Shown: positions 18,519 through 27,946 of the stretch, one piece after another
How positions within the stretch are numbered: the stretch's first letter is position 1
Layout of the letters: each line of letters begins with the position of its first letter
Assembly: GCA_002327885.1 (NCBI GenBank)
Contig: DCUS01000233.1
Location: 1 to 35,737 of the forward strand
DNA length: 35,737 nt
DNA from: Syntrophaceae bacterium UBA2208
Lineage (GTDB): Bacteria; Desulfobacterota; BSN033; UBA1163
Direction: 5' to 3'
Notes under the pieces: generated by a model
The model's input: the letters and a program-made list of their open reading frames with translations, nothing else
The model's database searches: none
What the model was told of the DNA's origin: nothing
Made by a program: the position numbers and the translations under genes

Positions 18519-19696
18519 ACCATTGTCTCCTTGGATTTTTCAACGGCTTCTTGAGAGAGCAGCTCTCTCATCTGGGCAAGGCGCTTTGAAGAGATCTCCT
18601 TCAGAATGGGTCGGAGTTTAGGGAATTTAAGGAGGCAGGCTTCCATCTCCTCTTTGGTCAGCTCCAGTAATTCCGAAGGCTGAGTGGCTTTGGCAAAGGC
18701 CATTCGAGGTTTGTTCATTACCACTCCGATCTCCCCAAAAAAATTTCCACTTCTCAATGTCGCCAAAGTGGTTTTTCTCTCACGACGATCTTGAATAAAT
18801 ATTTCTACCTCTCCACGCTTGATCATATAAAGGGAGCGAGGAGGGTCTCCGCCTTTGAAGAGGAGGGTGTTTTCAGAGACCTCATGAAGATGGAACCGTT
18901 TGAAAATTTCATCTCTTTCCGCAACTGTCAGGGAGGAGAACAGAGGGGAGGAGGCGAAAAAAAGGTCTAAGACCCGTTGCTTAAAAAAGTTTTGAAGCAC
19001 CTGTTTCAGATGGGGGTGGGTCTTGATCATTCCATTCAATTCGTTTTGAGGGATCTCCAACACCTCACATTCCGTCACGGCTTTGACGCTGGCATGTCTC
19101 TTTTGATCGGTGAAGAAACCAAACTCCCCGAAAAAATCTCCCTCTTTGAGATTTCGGATTAACCCCTCTTTTCCCTCGGGCGTTTGTTTGATAATCGCCA
19201 CCTCTCCCCGGCTGATCACATAGAGGGAATTTCCTCCTTCTCCTTCTTGGCAGATGAGGGACCCTTTCAGAAAGGATTTGCTTCGGATATGGGGGAGCAG
19301 GGATTGAAGCTCCTGTTCGTTCAGTTCAGAAAAAAGAGGGATGTGCGGAAAGGGACGAAGTGGTTTTCCCTCCCTGGATTTTTCTGCATAAAGTTGTACC
19401 AAGCGGTCGCTGACATGCTTGGAAACGGGATCCATCCTCAAGATCATTTTATTGATAGAGATGGCTTGAAGCAAAAAGCCATCCTGGGCATAAGCCTCCG
19501 CCACCTTCTGATACATTCGGAGGGCCTCTTTTTTTTGACCCAAACGTTCTAACAATTCAGCCACTTTCAGCTGGGATCGAAGATCCCTGGGCTCCCGGCC
19601 ACAATGGATTTGAAAACATTCGAGGGCCTTTCTCCATTCTCCCCGGGAGAGAGCCTGGTGGGCGGCTTCTTTATGAGACATCCTATCGTTATTCAT
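18515..19696 (-). CDS. TPR-like N-terminus plus two cyclic-nucleotide-binding domains
   Basis: Helical TPR-like first ~105 aa; two CNB cassettes, GDFFGEFGFFTDQKRHASVKA and GNFFGEIGVVMNKPRMAFAKA; no HTH or catalytic domain seen. Confidence 0.85.
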   Translation of the reverse strand: MNNDRMSHKEAAHQALSRGEWRKALECFQIHCGREPRDLRSQLKVAELLERLGQKKEALRMYQKVAEAYAQDGFLLQAISINKMILRMDPVSKHVSDRLVQLYAEKSREGKPLRPFPHIPLFSELNEQELQSLLPHIRSKSFLKGSLICQEGEGGNSLYVISRGEVAIIKQTPEGKEGLIRNLKEGDFFGEFGFFTDQKRHASVKAVTECEVLEIPQNELNGMIKTHPHLKQVLQNFFKQRVLDLFFASSPLFSSLTVAERDEIFKRFHLHEVSENTLLFKGGDPPRSLYMIKRGEVEIFIQDRRERKTTLATLRSGNFFGEIGVVMNKPRMAFAKATQPSELLELTKEEMEACLLKFPKLRPILKEISSKRLAQMRELLSQEAVEKSKETMV

Positions 19697-20945
19697 ATCG
19701 CAATGACTCCGCCGGGTCGAGTCTTGACGCCCTCCAGGAGGGATAAAGGGTGGCGAGGAGACTGATGAGAATCGCAGTGACGACGATCAGGCCAATGTCC
19801 ATCGGATTCACCTGAGAGGGGAGTTTGTCGATATAGTAGACATCACTTGCAAGAATTTTGAATCCAAATAAGTTTTCAACAAAGACGGTGATCTTTTCCA
19901 AATTGAAAGCAGCCCCAAGGCCTAAAAGCGTCCCTAAGATTGTCCCCACCACTCCGATGACCCCCCCCTCGATGACGAATATCTTTAAGATTCCACTGGA
20001 AGGAGCGCCCATTGATTTCAGAATAGCAATATCCTTATGCTTCTCCATCACCACCATAATAAGCGTGGAGATGATGTTGAAAGCGGCCACCAAAACGATC
20101 AAAACGAGGATAATAAACATGGCGATCTTCTCCAGCTTCAGGGCGGAGAAGAGGTTTCTGTTCATTTCCATCCAGTCTTTCGTCCAGAAAGGAAATCCCA
20201 TTTTTTGGCGGATCTCCTTTCCAACTTCTTTCACTTTATAAATATCTTTGGTTTTGATCTCAATGCCTGTAACACGAGGTCCCATGCTGAAAAACTTCTG
20301 AGCGCTTTCAAGAGAAACATAGGCCATGGTGTTATCATACTCATACATTCCGGAATAAAAAATACCCACGACCCGAAAACGTTTCATTTTGGGCATCATC
20401 CCCATCGGTGTCATGGTGCCGAGAGGGGAGATCACCTGGATGGCATCGTTGAGCGAAACGCCGAGATGCTTCGCCAATTCTATCCCGAGAATGATGCCGG
20501 GTGAATCATTTCCCCCCATTTCTCTTAAGTCCTGGAGGCGGCCGGCTTTCATATTGTGCGCCAATTCAGTCACTTTTCCCACTCGATCCGGGTCAATCCC
20601 TTTGATGACGACGCCGGAAACATTGGACTCGGAAGAGAGCATCACCTGGTTGAAGATGAACGGAGCGGCAGAGACGACGCTCTTCACCTCTTGAAGTTTC
20701 TTCGCCACCTCCTCATAATCATCCATCCCTTCTTGATTCGCCTTGAGGAGGACGAGGTGAGCCTGGGTGCCTAAGATCTTTTCCTTCAGGGTTTTTTCAA
20801 AACCACTCATCACGGCCAACACAACGATCAAGGCCATGACCCCTACCATGACCCCGGCGATGGAGATGATGGTAATGATGGAGATGAAGGTTTGTTTCCG
20901 TTTCGCCTTGAGATATCTCAGACCGATGAACCATTCATATCTCAT
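19689..20945 (-). CDS. Lipoprotein-releasing ABC transporter permease LolC/E family
   Basis: IGLRYLKAKRKQTFIS, VLAVMSGFE, VAAFNIISTL, DIAILKSMGA, LYPSWRASRLDPAESLRYE. Confidence 0.93.
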   Translation of the reverse strand: MRYEWFIGLRYLKAKRKQTFISIITIISIAGVMVGVMALIVVLAVMSGFEKTLKEKILGTQAHLVLLKANQEGMDDYEEVAKKLQEVKSVVSAAPFIFNQVMLSSESNVSGVVIKGIDPDRVGKVTELAHNMKAGRLQDLREMGGNDSPGIILGIELAKHLGVSLNDAIQVISPLGTMTPMGMMPKMKRFRVVGIFYSGMYEYDNTMAYVSLESAQKFFSMGPRVTGIEIKTKDIYKVKEVGKEIRQKMGFPFWTKDWMEMNRNLFSALKLEKIAMFIILVLIVLVAAFNIISTLIMVVMEKHKDIAILKSMGAPSSGILKIFVIEGGVIGVVGTILGTLLGLGAAFNLEKITVFVENLFGFKILASDVYYIDKLPSQVNPMDIGLIVVTAILISLLATLYPSWRASRLDPAESLRYE

Positions 20946-20951
20946 AAGACA

Positions 20952-22433
20952 TTATTTCTCCATTCGAAGCAAAGGGAAGAAGATGACTTCCCGGATGGAC
21001 GGCGCATCCGTGAGGAGCATCACCAAACGATCAATCCCAATCCCTTCTCCGGCTGTAGGAGGCATTCCGAATTCAATCGATCGAAGAAAATCCTCATCAA
21101 GAATGAGAGACGCATCTGCCTCTTCGCCCTTTTCTTTTAATTGTTGTACAAAGCGTTCCCGTTGATCGAGGGGGTCGTTCAATTCGGAGAACCCATTGGC
21201 AATCTCCCGACCGGCAATGAAAAGTTCAAACCGGTCGACCACCTCAGGATCCTCCCCATTTCGGCGAGAGAGAGGGGAGATCTCTGTCGGATAAAGAATG
21301 ACAAAGGTGGGTTGAAGGAGATGGGGTTCAACCATTTCTTTGAAGAGTTCCGCTAAAACTCTCCCATGGGGGGTTCCCTTTTTGAGCTCAAGGCTAAGGT
21401 TCTCGGCCAATTCGACCGCTTTGGAGGGTTCTCTTAGGACAGTCGGGTCAACCCTCCCGTATTCTAAAAGAGATTCTTTGAAGGGAATCCTCTTCCAGGG
21501 TGGAGTAAAATCGAGTTCTTTTCCCTGATAGGTAAAGCGGAGTCCGCCATAAATTTCTTTGACCATGGAACAGAAAAGTTCCTCGGTCATCTTCATCATC
21601 TCTTCATAGGTGGCGTAACTTTGGTAGAACTCGAGCATGGTAAATTCAGGATTGTGTTGGGTGGAGACCCCCTCGTTTCGGAAACAGCGATTGATCTCAA
21701 AGATTCTTTCAAGTCCTCCGATCACCAGTCGTTTCAGAAAGAGTTCAGGCGCGACCCTCATGTAGAGCTCCATATCCAGGGCATTGTGGTGGGTCTTGAA
21801 GGGTTTGGCTGTTGCGCCTCCGGGAATAGGGTGAAGCATGGGAGTTTCCACCTCGATGAAATCCCGCTTGGTAAAAAAATCTCTGATTTTCTGAATGACC
21901 TTGATCCGTGTGAGAAAAATCTCTTTAACTTTGGGATTGACGATGAGGTCTAAATAGCGCTGACGATAACGGGCTTCGATGTCAGTGAGACCATGCCACT
22001 TTTCCGGAAGGGGCCGAAGAGTCTTCACCAGTAGCCTGAAGTTCTGAACCTGGAGGGTCAGCTCACGAGTTTTTGTTCGAAATATTTTACCCTCTATCCC
22101 GATGATGTCTCCGATATCGAATGCCTTAAAGAATTGAAAGGCCTCATTACCAACAATATCCCTTTGTAGGTAAGCCTGGATTCTCCCCTTTCGGTCCTGA
22201 AGGTGAATAAAACTGGCTTTGCCAAAGTCACGGATCCCCATAATCCGGCCGGCAAGTGAGAAGGTTTCGCCCATTGATTTCAATTCCTCGTCCGGCAGAG
22301 AACCGAAGGTCTCATGAAGGTCTTTTGAAGTATGGGTCACCAGAAAATCGTTTGGATAGGGATCGATCCCTTTTTCCCTCAATGCCCCAAGTTTTCGGAT
22401 CCTCTGTTGGATCAGGTCGCTCGTATCATCCAT
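20952..22433 (-). CDS. lysS: Lysyl-tRNA synthetase, class II
   Basis: RPLPEKWHGLTD, RYRQRYLDL, EVETPML, FRNEG, HNPEFTMLEFY, GIGIDRL. Confidence 0.98.
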   Translation of the reverse strand: MDDTSDLIQQRIRKLGALREKGIDPYPNDFLVTHTSKDLHETFGSLPDEELKSMGETFSLAGRIMGIRDFGKASFIHLQDRKGRIQAYLQRDIVGNEAFQFFKAFDIGDIIGIEGKIFRTKTRELTLQVQNFRLLVKTLRPLPEKWHGLTDIEARYRQRYLDLIVNPKVKEIFLTRIKVIQKIRDFFTKRDFIEVETPMLHPIPGGATAKPFKTHHNALDMELYMRVAPELFLKRLVIGGLERIFEINRCFRNEGVSTQHNPEFTMLEFYQSYATYEEMMKMTEELFCSMVKEIYGGLRFTYQGKELDFTPPWKRIPFKESLLEYGRVDPTVLREPSKAVELAENLSLELKKGTPHGRVLAELFKEMVEPHLLQPTFVILYPTEISPLSRRNGEDPEVVDRFELFIAGREIANGFSELNDPLDQRERFVQQLKEKGEEADASLILDEDFLRSIEFGMPPTAGEGIGIDRLVMLLTDAPSIREVIFFPLLRMEK

Positions 22434-22502
22434 TTCTTTTTTCCGAATCGTAGTCTTTTTTTATTTATCCCTTTAAGATTTAAGACAATTTCAAGATTTA
22501 AC

Positions 22503-22531
22503 AAACTAACCCATTTTCGCATATCCGTCAA
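22503..22531 (-). promoter_or_regulatory. Putative sigma70 promoter for the lysS-lol-bam-lpx operon
   Basis: Minus strand TTGACG-N17-TAGTTT, about 70 bp upstream of the lysS start. Confidence 0.5.
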
Positions 22532-22744
22532 GAGAAAAGCCCATTGGGGAAGCTATTTTCGATTTAAAATCGAAGAGTTAAGATTGGGGTGGAAAATTAA
22601 AGTTGTTGGTCTAAGGGTTAAGGCAGGGATGCCGGGTCTGAACCCTTGCCTCTAAGCCAAACTGGCGTCCTAACCTTGACCCAATCCCGATAGACAATTT
22701 TCACCATTCGTACTTGCCTGTGGCAGCCATGTAAAATGTGTAAT

Positions 22745-24079
22745 CTAAGGCAGGACCTTTTCAATCCGGGCGATGAGGTCATGAGGAAGGGCCTGGATCA
22801 TTCGGGCTTCTACCCAGTCCCCAGGCCGAGCTTTTCCATTTAATAAGACAGAACCATCAATTTCAGGGGCTTGTCTTTGAAGCCTTCCATGCAGGACACC
22901 CCCTTCATCTTGTGCCCCTTCGACGAGAACCAACTTTCTTTGGCCTACCAGCGATTGGTTTTTTTTCAAAGAGATCTTTCCCTGAATCTCCATCAGAATT
23001 TTTAGACGTTCCTCCTTAAGGGGCCCCGGGATAGGGTGAGGAAGTCGGGAGGCAGGTGTTCCCTCTTCTGAAGAATATTTAAAGGCTCCGAGGTGATCGA
23101 ATTGAATCTCCTTCACAAAATCGAGGAGTGCTTTGAATTGGGTCTCCTTTTCTCCCGGGAATCCCATAATGAAAGAGGAACGCAAGCTGATCTCCGGGAT
23201 AACGCTTCGGATCTTTTGCAAGAGACACCGGATTTCTGCACTTTTTGATTTTCGCCCCATCCGTCTTAAAATTTCATCATCGATGTGCTGGATAGGGAGG
23301 TCGAGGTAAGGGCAAATTTTATTTTCTTGAGCCATGAGCTCAAGAAGTCCATCGTTAAAATGATCCATCTTGGGATAAGAATAGAGGATTCGAATCCAGC
23401 GAAGTCCTTCCACTTTTATCAAGGATTTCAAGAGCTTTTCCAGACCGGTTCCATCTCTTAGGTCCCTTCCGTAAGCGGTGGTATCCTGGGCGATCAGGAT
23501 GAGTTCTTGAACTCCTTGTCCTGCCAGTCTTTGAGCCTCATTGATGACAGATCGAAGTTTCCTACTTCTATAGTGACCCCGGATGTGTGGAACGGTGCAG
23601 AAGGTGCAGGCATTGGAGCAACCTTCTGCTATTTTTAAGTAGGCGATGAAGGGAGGGGTGGAGAGAATTCGAGGCGTCTTCTCGTTATAAAGAAAAATAG
23701 GTTTGGAGAGATAACTCTTTTTCTTTGGTTTCTTTTTTAAAATTTCAGGGAGGTTTTGAAAGTCTCCGGTGCCGACGAAGTAATCCACTTCTGGCAATTC
23801 CTTTTCTAAAACTTTCCCATATCGTTGGGGGAAACACCCGGAAACGATGAGAAGGCGACAGCGACCTTCTTTTTTAAAACGGGAAAAATGTATAATGGTT
23901 TCGATGGCTTCCTTCGTCGCCTCTTCTATAAAAGAGCAGGTGTTGATGATGAGGATATCCGCTCCAAAAGGATCGGTGGTTAAAAGATAGCCCTCTTTTG
24001 AAAGAAGTCCGAGGATCACTTCGGAGTCGACTAAATTCTTGGGGCATCCCAGACTGACCAGGCAAACTGATTCTTTCAT
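22745..24079 (-). CDS. rimO: Ribosomal protein S12 methylthiotransferase
   Basis: SLGCPKNLVDSE, INTCSFI, radical SAM motif CSNACTFC in YLKIAEGC, QAPEIDG, C-terminal TRAM-like domain. Confidence 0.94.
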   Translation of the reverse strand: MKESVCLVSLGCPKNLVDSEVILGLLSKEGYLLTTDPFGADILIINTCSFIEEATKEAIETIIHFSRFKKEGRCRLLIVSGCFPQRYGKVLEKELPEVDYFVGTGDFQNLPEILKKKPKKKSYLSKPIFLYNEKTPRILSTPPFIAYLKIAEGCSNACTFCTVPHIRGHYRSRKLRSVINEAQRLAGQGVQELILIAQDTTAYGRDLRDGTGLEKLLKSLIKVEGLRWIRILYSYPKMDHFNDGLLELMAQENKICPYLDLPIQHIDDEILRRMGRKSKSAEIRCLLQKIRSVIPEISLRSSFIMGFPGEKETQFKALLDFVKEIQFDHLGAFKYSSEEGTPASRLPHPIPGPLKEERLKILMEIQGKISLKKNQSLVGQRKLVLVEGAQDEGGVLHGRLQRQAPEIDGSVLLNGKARPGDWVEARMIQALPHDLIARIEKVLP

Positions 24080-24182
24080 TCCATTCCCATTATACCCGAA
24101 AGATTGTTTTATCAGCCAAAAAAAATTATTTTAAGTGAAGTCGATGATTATGATATAAAATCTTTATGGAAAGGAATCATCC

Positions 24183-25232
24183 ATGGAAGTAGCCGTCATT
24201 GGTGGTGGCATTGTGGGATGTCATATTGCCTATTGTTTGGCCAAAGAGGGAAAGGAAATTTTTCTGTTGGAAAAGGAGGGGGCGTTGGGGGAGCATACCA
24301 GCACACGAAACAGTGGTGTGATCCATGGGGGGATTTACTATCCCCAGGAATCTCTCAAGGCGAAATTATGTGTTCGAGGTCGCCATCGGACCTATGAGTT
24401 TTTAGAAAACCACGGCATCCCCCATTGGAAATGTGGGAAGATCATCGTGGCCATGGTTGTTTCGGAAATGAAGGCACTCCAAGATTTAAAAAAACGGGGG
24501 GATGGAAACGGAGTAGAAAACCTAAGGCTGATCGATGAGAACGAGGTTCGGAAGATGGAACCCCGGGTCAGGTGTTTAGGGGCCCTTCACTCCCCTGAGA
24601 CAGGGATTCTTGACATGGCCGCCTATATGAGGGTCATGGAAAGGATGCTCAAAGGATTGAGGGTGACGATTGTGAAACAGTGCGAGGTTATTTCCATTGA
24701 CGATCGAAACAATCTTCGTACCACTCGAGGTGAAATGGGAGCCGAGATGATTATCAATGCGGCAGGCCTCTATAGCGACAGCATTGCAGGGATGTGCGGC
24801 CTGGTGGGATACGAGATCATTCCTCACAAGGGCGATTATTATAATACGACCGAGGAAGTGATCAGAGGGTTGGTCTACCCTGTTCCGGACTCTCCTCACA
24901 GCCTGGGAATCCATCTGACCCGGACACTTGGAGAAGAGACCCTGATCGGTCCTTCGGCTTTTCAAGTATTGAACAAAGATGACTACGAAATAAGGACACC
25001 CCGAGAAGAATTTGAGCAAGGGGCTCTTTCCTTGATTCCTGACTTTAATATCCATCGAATCTACCCAGGCTATTCAGGCCATCGCCCAAAGCTATACTAT
25101 CACGGTGAATTGCAGACAGATTTTTTGATCCAGAGACAGGAAGAAGGAAGGATCCATCTTCTGGGAATTGAGTCGCCTGGATTAACCGCTGCCCCTGCCA
25201 TCGCTGAATATGTTTCAAAGATGATAAAATGA
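24183..25232 (+). CDS. FAD-dependent oxidoreductase, L-2-hydroxyglutarate oxidase (LhgO)-like
   Basis: IGGGIVG, TSTRNSGVIHGGIYY, INAAGL, LVYPVP, LGIHLT, GIESPGLTAAPAIA. Confidence 0.82.
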   Translation: MEVAVIGGGIVGCHIAYCLAKEGKEIFLLEKEGALGEHTSTRNSGVIHGGIYYPQESLKAKLCVRGRHRTYEFLENHGIPHWKCGKIIVAMVVSEMKALQDLKKRGDGNGVENLRLIDENEVRKMEPRVRCLGALHSPETGILDMAAYMRVMERMLKGLRVTIVKQCEVISIDDRNNLRTTRGEMGAEMIINAAGLYSDSIAGMCGLVGYEIIPHKGDYYNTTEEVIRGLVYPVPDSPHSLGIHLTRTLGEETLIGPSAFQVLNKDDYEIRTPREEFEQGALSLIPDFNIHRIYPGYSGHRPKLYYHGELQTDFLIQRQEEGRIHLLGIESPGLTAAPAIAEYVSKMIK

Positions 25233-25317
25233 GTATCCACCAGACATCTTCAGATTTCACACCCCACAAAAATCTCAATCGTTGGACAAGGAAAAGGGAT
25301 TCATAAACGGTGAGGTA

Positions 25318-25345
25318 TTGACAAATCTAAGTTTCGTGGTAATTT
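25318..25345 (+). promoter_or_regulatory. Putative sigma70 promoter
   Basis: TTGACA-N16-TAATTT with extended -10 TG, 25 bp before the ATG at 25371. Confidence 0.5.
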
Positions 25346-25370
25346 TTAAAGTCAATTTGGGAAAGCGGCG

Positions 25371-26573
25371 ATGCATTGCGATTACGATGTCATTGTGGTA
25401 GGGGGAGGGCCTGGGGGTTCAACGGCGGCAAGATTTTGTGCCGGGGCCGGGCTGAAAACCCTCCTCATCGAGAAGGAACGATTCCCCAGATACAAGCCCT
25501 GTGGGGGTTGTCTTTCCAAAAAAACGTTTCATCTGTTTGACTTCGATCTCAGTCCGGTCATTGAAAACACCATTTACGGTTCAAAATTTACATACCGTTC
25601 CGGAGATCCCTTCTTCATCGAAAAAAAAGACCCCATTGCATTTTTAATAATGAGAGATCGCTTTGATCAGCTCCTCGTCCATAAAGCTCTGGAAGAGGGG
25701 GCCGAACTACTCGAAGGAGAGAGAGTGATCAGAGTCAAAGAGAAGGGCGAAGGGGTTGAGGTAGAATTAGCAAAGGGAGAGAGGCTTCATAGTCAATATC
25801 TCATCGGTGCAGACGGACCGGAGAGTATGGTTGCCAAATCCTTACCATGGCCATCGCAGAGAAATGATGAAAACGGGATTGCCGTAGAAAGTGAGATTCC
25901 TTTTGATTCCTCCATCCATTTCCCCCAGAAGGAACTTCAATTCGTCCATTTAGATTTTGGGAGTATTCCCAATGGTTATGGCTGGGTTTTTCCTAAAAAG
26001 GAATATCTCTCCATCGGGATCGGCGGCATGTTCAGAGAAACAAAGAAAATGAATCCCCGCCAATACTTCAGTGATTTTCTCAAAGGGCTGGACTATATTC
26101 CCGAGGGAAAGACGGGGAGGACCATGGGGTATCCCCTCCCTTCTTTTTATGATGAGAAACAGAAGGTTTCACAGGGAAGGTTTCTTCTTGTCGGTGATGC
26201 GGCCCATTTGATGGATCCATTGCAGGGTGAGGGAATCTACTATGCCATTCGAAGCGGAATGCTGGCTGCCGAAGCCATCACGGAATGGAAAAAGGAAGGG
26301 ATCGCCCCCTCCGATTATTATCAAAAAGCGGTTTATGATAACCTCTATGGAAACCTGAAATGGGCGCTCACTTTTTCTCGTTTCGTTTTCCGGTTTACAA
26401 AATTAGCCTACCGGACACTGAAGCGTTATCCGGATTTGGGAGAGTTCTATCTCCAGGTCTTGGAGGGGACGGAAACCTATCAGGGGTTTGTGACGAAAGT
26501 CAAGACAAGAATGAAGGATCTTCTTAAAGGAAAACTGAGTGATAAGATTAAAAAAGCGATGGCAAGGACGTGA
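25371..26573 (+). CDS. Geranylgeranyl reductase-family flavoprotein
   Basis: VGGGPGG, PRYKPCGG, IGADG, GYGWVFPK, LVGDAA, GEGIYYA. Confidence 0.85.
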   Translation: MHCDYDVIVVGGGPGGSTAARFCAGAGLKTLLIEKERFPRYKPCGGCLSKKTFHLFDFDLSPVIENTIYGSKFTYRSGDPFFIEKKDPIAFLIMRDRFDQLLVHKALEEGAELLEGERVIRVKEKGEGVEVELAKGERLHSQYLIGADGPESMVAKSLPWPSQRNDENGIAVESEIPFDSSIHFPQKELQFVHLDFGSIPNGYGWVFPKKEYLSIGIGGMFRETKKMNPRQYFSDFLKGLDYIPEGKTGRTMGYPLPSFYDEKQKVSQGRFLLVGDAAHLMDPLQGEGIYYAIRSGMLAAEAITEWKKEGIAPSDYYQKAVYDNLYGNLKWALTFSRFVFRFTKLAYRTLKRYPDLGEFYLQVLEGTETYQGFVTKVKTRMKDLLKGKLSDKIKKAMART

Positions 26574-27234
26574 GGATTTAAAGACAAAAGTCAGAAAGAT
26601 CACTCTCCTTCTTGAAAAGCAATATGGGGTTCCCCGAAAAAAGGGGTCGGGGGATCTTCTTGATATTCTCATCGAGACCATTCTCTCACAGAACACCAAT
26701 GATCGAAACCGAGATGAAGCCTTTCGGAGATTGACAACGCGGTTTCCCCGTTGGGAGGATATTCTCAAGACCAAAACAAAATCTATTGTTTCAGCTATCC
26801 GACCAGGAGGATTGGCCGAGCGGAAGGCGAGGCGTATCCGTGAAATTCTTAATTGGATCAAAGAAAGGGAGGGGAGGTTAAGCCTTTCGTTTCTAAAGAC
26901 AATGGGTTCGGAGGAGATTGAGAAAACGATGGGCGCCCTGAAAGGGGTCGGTCCGAAGACCGTTCATTGTCTCCTTCTCTTCGGTCTTGGCAGAGATGCT
27001 TTTCCGGTCGACACGCATATCCTCCGGATCGGGAAGCGTCTCGGTTTCATTCCGGAAGGGATGAATGCAGAAAAAGCCCATACATGGATGGATCCGCTCA
27101 TCTCAAAAGGAAAATCCTTGTCGTTACACCTCAACCTCATCCAATTTGGAAGATCGGTTTGTAAAGCAAAAAATCCTCAATGCGGTGTGTGCTTTCTCAC
27201 GAATGAATGTATTCAATTTAGGTCATTTCTATGA
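26539..27234 (+). CDS. nth: Endonuclease III-family HhH-GPD DNA glycosylase
   Basis: ILSQNTND, HhH LKGVGPKT, FPVDTHILR, 4Fe-4S motif CKAKNPQCGVCFLTNEC; GTG start overlaps the upstream gene. Confidence 0.85.
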   Translation: MIRLKKRWQGREDLKTKVRKITLLLEKQYGVPRKKGSGDLLDILIETILSQNTNDRNRDEAFRRLTTRFPRWEDILKTKTKSIVSAIRPGGLAERKARRIREILNWIKEREGRLSLSFLKTMGSEEIEKTMGALKGVGPKTVHCLLLFGLGRDAFPVDTHILRIGKRLGFIPEGMNAEKAHTWMDPLISKGKSLSLHLNLIQFGRSVCKAKNPQCGVCFLTNECIQFRSFL

Positions 27235-27251
27235 ATTCCCTCTTCTTATTT

Positions 27252-27341
27252 TGTCATTCCTGGAGAAGCAGGAATCCATCATATCATGGCTTCCGATCCT
27301 TAAAAGGACAAGTCTGGATTCCCGTTGACACGGGAATGACA
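27252..27341. repeat. 90-bp composite palindromic element made of two ATTCC-N10-GGAAT units
   Basis: TGTCATTCCTGGAGAAGCAGGAATCCA (27252-27278) and TGGATTCCCGTTGACACGGGAATGACA (27315-27341); each arm is a hairpin and the arms are inverted copies of each other. Confidence 0.85.
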
Positions 27342-27369
27342 GAATTGGAAAACAAGATTAGGTAGTTCA

Positions 27370-27864
27370 ATGCGCCATTTGAAAAACCTGTTCGAGAAAC
27401 TTCTCTATATCGAAGACACCCCTGAGCGAACGGCGTTGGCTTACTCCATTGGCATCTTCCTGGGTTTTTCACCATTTTTAGGTTTTCATACCCTTGCCGG
27501 GTTAGCGATTGCTTTTTTATTCAGAATGAATCGGGTGGCCATTCTTTTAGGAGTCTGGTCAAATACTCCCTGGTGGATCGTTCCCTATTATATGATCGCC
27601 ACATGGGTGGGGATGTGGGTGGTCGGATTTTGGATGGATTGGGCGACACTCAAAGAGATTTTTCAATTTGGAGTGCATCAAGGATTTATGAATTCTGATT
27701 TTTGGAACCGTCTCGCTTCCCAGCGGGGTCTCCTCCTCTCCTTTCTCGTCGGTTCGCTCATTCTCTCGACTCTTCTCAGCTTCATTTGCTATCCTCTCGC
27801 CCTGAAATGGATTCGATTTTATCGGTCAAAGAAAAAACCGCCGAGGTCAGAGGGCAGAGTGTGA
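27370..27864 (+). CDS. DUF2062-family membrane protein
   Basis: DTPERTALAYSIGIFLGFSPFLGFHT, FRMNR, WSNTP; hydrophobic helices. Confidence 0.85.
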   Translation: MRHLKNLFEKLLYIEDTPERTALAYSIGIFLGFSPFLGFHTLAGLAIAFLFRMNRVAILLGVWSNTPWWIVPYYMIATWVGMWVVGFWMDWATLKEIFQFGVHQGFMNSDFWNRLASQRGLLLSFLVGSLILSTLLSFICYPLALKWIRFYRSKKKPPRSEGRV

Positions 27865-27895
27865 AGAGGTCGACGCTATGCTCTGCGCCATGCGC
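27846..27895. repeat. Short period-7 inverted array (DUF2062/mfd junction)
   Basis: gtcagag ggcagag tgtgaag ... cgctatg ctctg cgccatg cgc; shares the cgccatg unit with 3376-3446. Confidence 0.55.
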
Positions 27896-27946
27896 CGCCA
27901 TTCAGTCCTTGACACCTCTCCCGATTTAATTGAAAAATAAATACGT

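Noticed and set aside
22332-22655. 107-aa plus-strand ORF across the lysS/rimO spacer
   Set aside because: Antisense to the lysS start and its predicted promoter, and no recognisable domain
22621-22690. Functional tRNA or 6S RNA gene
   Set aside because: About 63 nt, a 3-nt loop in the anticodon position, short acceptor and T stems, no CCA; no long 6S-like rod seen
27909-27940. TTGACA upstream of mfd as a promoter
   Set aside because: No convincing -10 hexamer at 16-18 bp spacing
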